NCBI GenBank assembly: GCA_963751345.1
Contig: CAVVUS010000039.1
Span: 1-28,814, forward strand
DNA: 28,814 bases
Direction: 5' to 3'
Origin: an uncultured Chloroflexia bacterium
Lineage (GTDB): Bacteria > Chloroflexota > Anaerolineae > B4-G1 > SLSP01
Positions within the stretch are counted from its first letter, which is position 1. The number at the start of each line of letters is the position of its first letter. Position numbers and translations under genes: made by a program. Below, piece after piece: positions 18,001 to 25,516 of this stretch. The notes under the pieces were generated by a model. It ran no database searches. It saw only the letters and a list, made by a program, of their open reading frames with translations, and was not told the DNA's origin.

Positions 18001-20138
18001 TTACGCGAAAGGCCGGTCCTCCCGAGGTCATTCGACCGCCAAGCGCCGACCGCCGGCGTAGATCCATCGCGGAGAAGCTTAGCCTGCACCGGCGTGAGCT
18101 GGCCCGAGCATGGGCAGCCGTGCTCACGCCGGCCGCTACGGCGCCTATCGACGCGCAGGCGACGGCGGAGACGTCGATTCGCCTCGCGACCGACCTGATC
18201 GCAGTCCTGTTGGGCGAGCCGCCGGCGGGCGCGGCCGAGATCGGGGCAGCGATTGCCGACCTGCGCCTGCTGGAGCCATCCACGCTCTCGGACATGCTGA
18301 CACTCGTGCCCAACTGCCTCGCAAGTATGCTGGATGACGACGAGTGGATCGCCCTCGGCCCCAGCGTCCGGCGCACGATGGCTCACGTAGCCTCAGGCTA
18401 CTACGCACGGGCGCACACGATGATGCTGGATGAGCAGGCCAACATCCGCACGACCGAGGCTCTGGCCGCAGAGGACAGGCGCCGGCAAAGTGAGGCGCGG
18501 TACCGGAGGCTCATTGAGGCCTCCCCCGACACGATCCTGGCTCACGTGGACGGCAAGATCGTGCTCGCCAACCATGCGGCTGCAAAGGTCCTCGGCGTAG
18601 AGTCGCCCGACGACCTGATCGGCCAGGACGTCTACGCCTACGTCGATCCCCACTACATCGCGATTCACCAGGCGAGGCGGGCCCAACTCCGCGCGGGCTC
18701 GTCCCTGGAGCCGGTGGAAACGCAGATCCGTCGTACTGACGGCACGACGGTCGCCCTGGAACTGCATACGGTCCTGACCGACCACGACGGACGGCGGACG
18801 ACGTTGGTGATTGGACGCGACATCACGCGCCACACCGAGGCAAAGGCTGCGGTCCGCCAGGCCCAGGAGGAATTGGAGCGCCGTGTACGGAACAGGACCG
18901 CCGAGCTGGCACAGGCGAATGCCGCCCTGGAGCGCAGCAACGCCGAACTGCGGGCGCTCTATGCGATTGGCGTCGCAGCGGGCAAATCGCGCGGACTCGA
19001 TGGACTGGTAGGCACCGCGCTTGACGAAACCCTCGCGCTCACAGGCGTGCGTGAGACCTGGGTGACCATCGACGACGCGGGCGAGGGGAACGGCTCCACG
19101 GGCATTCGAGCGGCTGGGGAAGGCAGCGAGGAGACACCTGACAGCCTGCGCCTGCGCTTGCGGATCACAGACGCGGTCTGCGCACGAGGGCTACCCCTTG
19201 GCAGCCCTCTCCGCGGATGGCACCGACACCGTGCAGCTCAAAGCAGCGCAGCACAGCGCGGTCGCTGCCGCCGGATTCCCGATCACGGCCCGCCAGCGTA
19301 CCGTAGGTGTGCTCGGGCTCATCGCCGGTGATGCATCGGGCGGTCTCGTTGAGGGCGATCTGAGATTCGCCGAAACGGTCGCCCGCGACATTAGCACAGC
19401 CGCCGAGAGAGCACACCTGGCCCGGATTGCCGCGGAGGTCGATCTACTCCGTGAGATTGACCGCCTTCGGTCGAACATGCTCGCGAACTTCACCCACGAT
19501 CTCAAATCGCCACTGGGCGTCATCAAGTTCTCCTCTACGACGTTACTGCGCGAGGATGTGGCCTTTGATCATGAGACCACCAGGGAGCTTCTTGCGGACA
19601 TTGATGCACAGACCGACCGCCTGACCGGCATCGTCGAGCGGGTCCTGGATCTGGAACGGCTGGAAAGCCCGGGAGTGCAGCTGCACCGCGAGCGTATCAG
19701 CGTCACCCGGATTGCCGAAGGCGTGGCGGCCTCTATGCAGAGGAGCCTGGAGAGACACCGCATCTACCTGGACGTTCATCCACCGAATCTGGCGACGTAC
19801 GCAGATGCAGGACGTATCGAGGAGGTCGTCGCGAATCTCTTGGATAATGCGGTGAAGTACTCGCCCCGCGGCGGCGACATCCGGGTGACCGGACGTCGAA
19901 GCGGTGGGGAGGTGTTGGTGACCGTCACCGACCAGGGCATTGGGATCCCGGAGGAGGACCTTGAGCGGATCTTCGAGCGTTTCTACCGGGTTAGTCGCGA
20001 TCTGGCGCCCGACGTCCACGGCGTCGGCCTGGGCCTGCCCGTATGCCGCGGCATTGTCGAGGCTCACGGAGGCCGGATCTGGGCTGAGAGCCCGGCCGGC
20101 GGGGGAGCATCATCAGATTCACGCTGCCCGCTGCCTGA
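17997..20138 (+). CDS. second cytoplasmic PAS-GAF histidine kinase (frameshifts near 19200 and 20105)
   Basis: GTG 17997 overlaps the previous stop. PAS YRRLIEASPD...GRDIT and LERRVRNRTAEL are in the 17583 frame; FTHDLKSPL, NLLDNAVKY and GVGLGL are in the 19198 frame; GSIIRFTLPAA-TGA (20136-20138) follows a further shift. Confidence 0.88.
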
Positions 20139-20199
20139 GATGCTGGGCGGGTCGGCACCGCCGGTCGGTCCGCAGGGCCGGCGGTGTGCAAGGAGGAAG

Positions 20200-20892
20200 A
20201 TGATCGACAGTAAGGGCAGAATACTGGTTGTCGACGACGATGATCGCTACATCAGGCTCATCCAGGTGAACCTGGAGGCCAGCGGTTACGAGGTGATCTC
20301 TGCCGGCTCGGGCCAGGAGGCCATCGACCTGACCGCGAGTGAGCATCTCGACCTTGTCTTGCTCGACGTCATGCTCCCCGGCAAGAACGGATACCACACG
20401 TGCGAGGAGATCCGCGAGTTTTCCCAGGTCCCCGTCATCATGCTCACGGCGCTTGGGCGCACCGAGGACGTCGTCAAGGGCCTGGATGCCGGGGCCGACG
20501 ACTACATCCCCAAGCCCTTCAGTGCTCAGGAGTTGCTCGCGCGCATCCGGGCACTATTGCGCCGCGCCGAGCTACGGGACGGGGGACCACAATCCCGTCT
20601 CCAGATCCGCCAGGTCACGCTCGATCTGGCCAGCCGCCGTGTCCACGTCAGGGGAAACGAAGTCCATCTGACCAACACGGAGTACAAGCTGCTTGCCGAG
20701 TTGATGACCCACGCCGGCAAGGTGCTCGTCCAGAGCCATCTTCTGGAACGTGTCTGGGATGCGGATGAGGATGAGTCCCATCTGCTATGGCAGACGATCC
20801 ATCGTCTCAGGCAGAAGATCGAGCTCGACCCCTCCGATCCGCAGTACATCCAGACCCGCCCCGGCATCGGCTATATCTTTCTGGTGGAGTGA
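20200..20892 (+). CDS. OmpR/PhoB-family response regulator (KdpE-like)
   Basis: AGGAGG (20191-20196) before ATG 20200; ILVVDDD, LLDVMLP, IMLTA, GADDYIPKPF; winged helix LTNTEYKLL...LRQKIE..P..I.T.PGIGY. Confidence 0.95.
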   Translation: MIDSKGRILVVDDDDRYIRLIQVNLEASGYEVISAGSGQEAIDLTASEHLDLVLLDVMLPGKNGYHTCEEIREFSQVPVIMLTALGRTEDVVKGLDAGADDYIPKPFSAQELLARIRALLRRAELRDGGPQSRLQIRQVTLDLASRRVHVRGNEVHLTNTEYKLLAELMTHAGKVLVQSHLLERVWDADEDESHLLWQTIHRLRQKIELDPSDPQYIQTRPGIGYIFLVE

Positions 20893-20935
20893 GGAGCGTT
20901 TCCCGCTGGAACGTTTCGCCAACGCAGGAGGTACC

Positions 20936-21412
20936 ATGGACACAGAACCTGTGCTTTCGGCCGAGAGCCTGATCGACGTCAGCTTCGACCAGGCCCGCGC
21001 CTGGTTCCTGTCACTATCCAACCATCCGGAGCGCTACGCCTTCGAGAGCCACAAGGGGTTCACCTTCACGGAGGGCAGGTTCGGGGAGCCTGGCGCGCGC
21101 TTCGAGACTGAGGAGATCTTCCTCGGGCTGAAGGTGACACTGAAATTCGAGCTCACCGACGTCTCCGACGATCAGTTCAGCTTCAGCGTGCTCAGCCCAA
21201 CCCGCGGCGCCTGGGGATACTTCCGCCTCGAATCCCAAGGCAACGATACCACGCGCTTGATCCTTGCTGTAGGCAGCGATCAGGCACCCACGCGGCTTGT
21301 TCTGCGGGCGCCTGTGGTCCACGGGGCGATCCAGCACCAGATCGGAAGTGAGGTCGACCACATCAAGCGGTCGATGGAGTCGCTCTACCAGGAGGAAACA
21401 TGGGCTTCTTGA
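20936..21412 (+). CDS. hypothetical protein, SRPBCC/START-like fold suspected
   Basis: AGGAGGT before ATG 20936; ~158 aa with an I....W..L start, beta-rich middle and C-terminal helix (HIKRSME), as in SRPBCC proteins. Confidence 0.7.
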   Translation: MDTEPVLSAESLIDVSFDQARAWFLSLSNHPERYAFESHKGFTFTEGRFGEPGARFETEEIFLGLKVTLKFELTDVSDDQFSFSVLSPTRGAWGYFRLESQGNDTTRLILAVGSDQAPTRLVLRAPVVHGAIQHQIGSEVDHIKRSMESLYQEETWAS

Positions 21413-21753
21413 AGAAGATCAAGGATGCGCTGTCTCCGGCTCCGGCGCGCCGGGCGGGAGGCGAGCTCCGTGACCCCGCAGGCATCTACCTATACGTGAA
21501 GTGCCAACGGTGCGGTGCGCCGGTCCGCGTGCGCGTTGACCGTAGTCACGATCTGCAGAGCGACTACGACACCGGTGGGTACGTCCTCCACAAGGAGATT
21601 ATGGACGGGACGTGCTTCGCCCTGATGCAGACCACCGTCCACTTCGATGGGGGGTACAACATCACCGACCAGGAGATCGAGGGCGGCGAGTTCATCACGT
21701 GGGACGAGTACGCCGCACTCACCCGGCCAAAGCCGTCAGAACCGGACGCCTGA
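21400..21753 (+). CDS. small hypothetical protein with CxxC (possible metal binding)
   Basis: AGGAGG before ATG 21400; YVKCQRCGAPVRVRVD and a third Cys in DGTCF. Confidence 0.8.
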   Translation: MGFLKKIKDALSPAPARRAGGELRDPAGIYLYVKCQRCGAPVRVRVDRSHDLQSDYDTGGYVLHKEIMDGTCFALMQTTVHFDGGYNITDQEIEGGEFITWDEYAALTRPKPSEPDA

Positions 21754-21769
21754 CGCCCGTCGGCAGATC

Positions 21770-21987
21770 GTTCCCAGCGGATCTGTGATCCGCGATCCCC
21801 GGCACCGCGGACCCACACGCCCGACGTCGGCCGTTCCCCGCGGATCTGTGATCCGCGATCCCCGGCGCAGCGGACGCACACGCCCAACGTCGGACCGTTC
21901 CCCGCGGATCTGTGATCCGCGATCCCCGGCACCGCGGACGCGCACGCCCAACGTCAGATTGTTCCCCGCGGATCTGTGATCCGCGGG
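21770..21987. repeat. tandem array of 63-64 bp hairpin-containing units (3 full plus 1 partial)
   Basis: Units start at 21770, 21833, 21897 and 21961 with GTTCCC(C/A)GCGGATCTGTGATCCGCG; hairpin GCGGATC-TGT-GATCCGC; located between convergent genes. Confidence 0.95.
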
Positions 21988-22005
21988 CCCGCCGGCCCCC
22001 CGGCG

Positions 22006-22917
22006 TTACTGCTGCACGTCGAGCGTATACCAGAACGCCGTAGCCCCGGAGTCCGTGTACTTCCCGATCATCTCCCGCAGTGCATCCAACGTTACGTCGC
22101 CGCCGACCAGGTAATCGTTGCCGACGATCACCGCCGGCGTGTCGAGCCGCTGATCCTGGGGGATCCCGAGCTGCTCTCCGATCGCCTGCGCCAACGCCTC
22201 GTTATCGGCGATGTTTCGCTCGTCGAACGCTAGTTGCGGATAGACCCCCTGCAGATAGCGCAGATCGTATCGCGTGCGATCACACGTGTCGGTGCAACTG
22301 GCATCGGTGAAATAGAGAGCGAAGATCGGCTCGGGAGAAGCGCAGACCGCGCTGGCCTCATCGGTCAGACACGATGCGGCTCCGCCTCCCGAACTGGCGA
22401 ATGGCGTGTTCGCAGCGACGGTCGGCACCGGCGTCACCGTGGCGATCTTGTCCAACGCAGGTACGTCGGGCCACGCGTTACCGCCTGCACCGAACACGCA
22501 CTCAAGGTGCGGCACGAGCTGCTGGCGAATCGCGGTCTCACCGATCAGGTAGGTCTGCTCGACAACGACCGCAGGCACCTCAAATCGCCCTGTGTCGCCG
22601 ATCAGGGCCTGCTCTGTGGCCAGCATCGCCTCGTAGCCCTGCTGCGTGCCGATGTCGACGACCTTCACCTCCAGGCTCGGACCACACCGCTCCTTCAGGG
22701 GCTCGATGACGTCCTGGTAGATCTGATCGCAGTGGTCGCAGTCCGCCGCCGTGAAGTAGACCACGCGACCTACCGTGTTCGCCGGCACGTTGAGGTCGCC
22801 CGGTGCAACGGATCCCTGTCCGCCACAGCCCGCCAACAGCAACGCGACGCCCAAGAGGCACATCGCCGCCAAATACCCGCCCAACCTTACCCGGAGACCT
22901 CTCACATTATCGATCAT
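22006..22917 (-). CDS. putative lipoprotein with two thioredoxin/glutaredoxin-like domains
   Basis: Lipobox LLAGC; YFTAADCDHC...EVPAVVV and YFTDASCTDTC...DTPAVIVG separated by a Pro/Thr/Ala linker. Confidence 0.8.
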   Translation of the reverse strand: MIDNVRGLRVRLGGYLAAMCLLGVALLLAGCGGQGSVAPGDLNVPANTVGRVVYFTAADCDHCDQIYQDVIEPLKERCGPSLEVKVVDIGTQQGYEAMLATEQALIGDTGRFEVPAVVVEQTYLIGETAIRQQLVPHLECVFGAGGNAWPDVPALDKIATVTPVPTVAANTPFASSGGGAASCLTDEASAVCASPEPIFALYFTDASCTDTCDRTRYDLRYLQGVYPQLAFDERNIADNEALAQAIGEQLGIPQDQRLDTPAVIVGNDYLVGGDVTLDALREMIGKYTDSGATAFWYTLDVQQ

Positions 22918-23513
22918 TGTTCGTCCTGCCTCGATTTGCTGACCACTGCCCAGAAATTGGGTGGCTCTTCGTAGATCATCACTCGCGTCGCCACCGTAGT
23001 GAAAAGAGCCTCATACGCATCGGGCCGCAGAAAGCGGCTCCTCATCAGTACAAGTCGTTCCGCGAGCGCTATGAGCTTCACGGCAAACCGCCGGACGTCC
23101 GGCTCCTCGATGACGAGGATGCCGCCCGGTGCCAGCACCCGGATGAGCTCCTTCGCTGCGCCGGCCTGTTCTCCGAAATGGTGAAACGTGTCGACAGCCA
23201 CGATCTTGTCGAATGTGCCGTCGGCGAAGGGCATCGCCTCCGCAACGCCCTGGCACGGCGCCAGTCCGGGCTTATCGGCGACCTGTTGCAGCATGCCCGC
23301 CGAGAGATCCAGGACACACGTGTCGCGCACGAGAGAACTCAATACCGCCGACACGCGCCCGGTGCCCCCGCCCGCATCCAGGAGCCGGTCTCCGGCGTCC
23401 AGCTGCGCCAGCGATCTCAGGCGATCTACCGCCGGTGGGTGGTGCACCAGACGGTCGTAGATCGGCGCAAGCAGGCCGAAGTGATCGAAGGGGATCACGC
23501 GGCGGTGCGACAT
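22914..23513 (-). CDS. class I SAM-dependent methyltransferase (UbiE/MenG-like)
   Basis: APIYD, LLDAGGGTG, LDLSAGML, AEAMPFADGTFD, RVLAPGG; GGAGG before ATG 23513; ATGA overlap with the lipoprotein gene. Confidence 0.9.
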   Translation of the reverse strand: MSHRRVIPFDHFGLLAPIYDRLVHHPPAVDRLRSLAQLDAGDRLLDAGGGTGRVSAVLSSLVRDTCVLDLSAGMLQQVADKPGLAPCQGVAEAMPFADGTFDKIVAVDTFHHFGEQAGAAKELIRVLAPGGILVIEEPDVRRFAVKLIALAERLVLMRSRFLRPDAYEALFTTVATRVMIYEEPPNFWAVVSKSRQDEQ

Positions 23514-23603
23514 CGTCCACCCTCCCACCACTTCACCCTCGACCTTTGACCCTGCTCACTGTTCACGTGCGCTCCGGACGACAATCGATTCACACTTTGC
23601 ACC

Positions 23604-23631
23604 ATTGTACCGGCGTCACATCATCCGTCAA
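23604..23631 (-). promoter_or_regulatory. promoter for the methyltransferase-lipoprotein unit
   Basis: TTGACG (23631-23626)-N16-TACAAT (23609-23604). Confidence 0.65.
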
Positions 23632-23675
23632 TGGGCCCTTCCTCACAGGGCCATACCGCAGGCCCCGCTGACGGC

Positions 23676-23703
23676 TTGCCATCCATCCGGACGACTGTAG
23701 AAT
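23676..23703 (+). promoter_or_regulatory. promoter for the Wzz-like gene
   Basis: TTGCCA (23676-23681)-N16-TAGAAT (23698-23703). Confidence 0.6.
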
Positions 23704-23719
23704 GGTCGCCGAGGTGATC

Positions 23720-24412
23720 ATGGAGTTGACGCGGATCCTGAAGACGGCGGCACGTTGGTGGTGGCTGGGCGCGATCCCCGTGGTGGTCGTCGTCGCCTAC
23801 GTGGCCCTCACCTATCGCGCCCCGGCGACGTCCTACAAGGTGGTCCTCCGGTTCACCACCGGAGGTGAGCCCGCGACGCCGCTATCGGCCGACTACGACC
23901 GCTATTACGCCTGGCTGGCCTCCGAGTACATCGCCAACGGCCTCGCTGATTTGGCGCGTACGTCCGTCTTTGCCCGTGATGTCTCTGATCGGCTGGCCGC
24001 CGAGGGGCTGGACGTGCCACCCCAGGCCATCCAGGGCAGTCTCGTCACAGATAACGCCCAGTCCATCCTCGTCGTCGATCTGACATGGTCCGACGCTGAC
24101 CAGGCGGTAGCCATAGCGACGGCCGTCGGCGACGAGCTCCTCGCAGCCGGGCCGAGCTTCTACCCGCAGATGGATGGAATCGGCGAGGTCGCGAAGCTCG
24201 CCGATCCCCCCGCCCCGGTGCCGCAGGCGCCGTCCCTGCGGACGCAACTCCTGGGTCCCGCGATTCGGGTGTTGCTGGCGGCTTTCATTGGGGCCGGGCT
24301 CATCCTCGCGGCGCACGTCCTTGACCCGGCAATCCGCGAATCGCGCGATCTGCAGATCTTGGAAGTGCCCGTGGTGGGCGTGGTTCCCAGGACTCGCGTC
24401 CATCGGGAATAA
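23720..24412 (+). CDS. polysaccharide co-polymerase / chain-length determinant (Wzz/CpsC/YveK-like)
   Basis: GAGGTG then MEL..IL....RWWW; two TM helices flanking a soluble loop; C-terminal LDPAIR...DL...LEVPVVGVVP. Confidence 0.82.
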   Translation: MELTRILKTAARWWWLGAIPVVVVVAYVALTYRAPATSYKVVLRFTTGGEPATPLSADYDRYYAWLASEYIANGLADLARTSVFARDVSDRLAAEGLDVPPQAIQGSLVTDNAQSILVVDLTWSDADQAVAIATAVGDELLAAGPSFYPQMDGIGEVAKLADPPAPVPQAPSLRTQLLGPAIRVLLAAFIGAGLILAAHVLDPAIRESRDLQILEVPVVGVVPRTRVHRE

Positions 24413-24417
24413 AACAA

Positions 24418-24443
24418 AGACGGAGCCGCAAGCGGCTCCGTCT
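24418..24443 (-). terminator. intrinsic terminator hairpin between convergent genes
   Basis: AGACGGAGCCG-CAAG-CGGCTCCGTCT perfect stem, followed on the minus strand by TTGTTTTATT. Confidence 0.85.
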
Positions 24444-24465
24444 CTCAATAGCGGCACACGGGGCG

Positions 24466-24729
24466 CTAGTGCAGCCCCAGCAATTGATCCAGCTTACCCC
24501 GGTCAAAGCCCACCACAGGACGCCCGTTGACCGTGATCACGGGCACGCCCTGCTGTCCGCTGATCCGAACCATATCCCGGGCTGCCCGCTCGTCTCGCGA
24601 GACGTCGACATCCGTGAAGCGGACTCCCTTCTGCTTCAGATAGCTCTTGGCAGTTCGACAATGAGGACACGTTGGCGTTGAAAACACCACCACTCTGGCC
24701 TTGCGCTGCTTCGATTCGGTTGCGGTCAT
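24466..24729 (-). CDS. glutaredoxin-like protein (NrdH-redoxin/YruB family)
   Basis: FSTPTCPHC, GQQGVPVI, VVGFD; 87 aa; GGGAGGT Shine-Dalgarno. Confidence 0.93.
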   Translation of the reverse strand: MTATESKQRKARVVVFSTPTCPHCRTAKSYLKQKGVRFTDVDVSRDERAARDMVRISGQQGVPVITVNGRPVVGFDRGKLDQLLGLH

Positions 24730-24771
24730 CAGTCATTACCTCCCACGATATTATATACATTCACCGGACTT

Positions 24772-24799
24772 ATTATAGACTTTTTGCGACTTCTGTCAA
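24772..24799 (-). promoter_or_regulatory. consensus promoter for the glutaredoxin gene
   Basis: Perfect TTGACA (24799-24794)-N16-TATAAT (24777-24772) in an AT-rich patch. Confidence 0.8.
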
Positions 24800-24863
24800 T
24801 CAGATTTACGTAAGAACCGGAACGCGAAAGACGAATCCTCTCTACGCCAGTTTCCCGGACCCA

Positions 24864-24872
24864 TGCTATAAT
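24864..24872 (+). promoter_or_regulatory. extended -10 promoter for nrdR-nrdJ
   Basis: TGCTATAAT, with no recognisable -35. Confidence 0.65.
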
Positions 24873-24946
24873 GGCAGAACCCCACGGCGCCCGGTCGGTG
24901 CGCACCCGGCAACGTCCCGTTGGGGCACCAGTCCAAGGGAGGCGAC

Positions 24947-25402
24947 ATGAAGTGCCCATTCTGTGGCTCCGACAACACGAAAGTCGTGGACACGCGCCAC
25001 GATGCGCAGGGAAATGTACGCCGGCGCCGCGAGTGCGCCGATTGCGATCAGCGCTTCAGCACCGTCGAGCGCGCAGTGCTCACCAATCCTCTCGTCGTCA
25101 AGCGGGATGGACGGCGGGAGGAGTTCGAGCCGGACAAACTGATGTCGGGACTGCGCATTGCGTGTGCCCGCCGGCCCATCTCTGCCACAGCCCTCGACCG
25201 CGTGGTCGAGCGCGTGGAGTATGCCATCCGTCAGACCGGACGCACGGAAGTACCCAGCCAGACCATCGGCGACATCGTGATCGAGGAGCTTCGCCAGCTC
25301 GACGAGGTGGCGTACATCCGCTACGCAATCGTTTATATGGGACTGAAGGACCTCGAGTCGATCCGGGCGGAAATCGACCGGCTGCGCACTCAGCGCTACT
25401 GA
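24947..25402 (+). CDS. nrdR: transcriptional repressor NrdR
   Basis: GGAGG then MKCPFCG...VVDTR...VRRRRECADC..RFSTVE, VVKRDGRREEF ATP-cone, LDEVAYIRYAIVY. Confidence 0.97.
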   Translation: MKCPFCGSDNTKVVDTRHDAQGNVRRRRECADCDQRFSTVERAVLTNPLVVKRDGRREEFEPDKLMSGLRIACARRPISATALDRVVERVEYAIRQTGRTEVPSQTIGDIVIEELRQLDEVAYIRYAIVYMGLKDLESIRAEIDRLRTQRY

Positions 25403-25425
25403 ACGGCCCGTCGCCGTTACACTTT

Positions 25426-25455
25426 GGCCCACCCAAACCTCTCAGTGGGTGGGCC
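25426..25455 (+). other. stem-loop between nrdR and nrdJ
   Basis: GGCCCACCCA-N10-TGGGTGGGCC perfect 10-bp stem with a weak U tract. Confidence 0.55.
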
Positions 25456-25516
25456 TTACTATGCGTGTCGAGGTCTTTGTACAACCAATTGGAATTATAG
25501 AGTGAGGAGGGTAGAA

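Noticed and set aside
19198-20892. Hybrid kinase-response regulator fusion (564-aa ORF)
   Set aside because: The kinase's normal end (FTLPAA-stop 20138) is in another frame and the regulator has its own AGGAGG-ATG at 20191-20202; this is a frameshift artefact.
21564-21979. Repeat-encoded small proteins spanning the hairpin array
   Set aside because: The 64-bp units are not a multiple of three, and the ORFs overlap real genes and have no recognisable motifs.
21770-21987. CRISPR array (GTTCCCCGCG start, ~64-bp period)
   Set aside because: The would-be spacers are near-identical to each other, the stem differs from type I-E repeats, and there is no AT-rich leader or cas gene in the window.
24743-24760. 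NrdR box upstream of the glutaredoxin gene
   Set aside because: CACGATATTATATAC matches only a half-site, with no palindromic partner or tandem second box.
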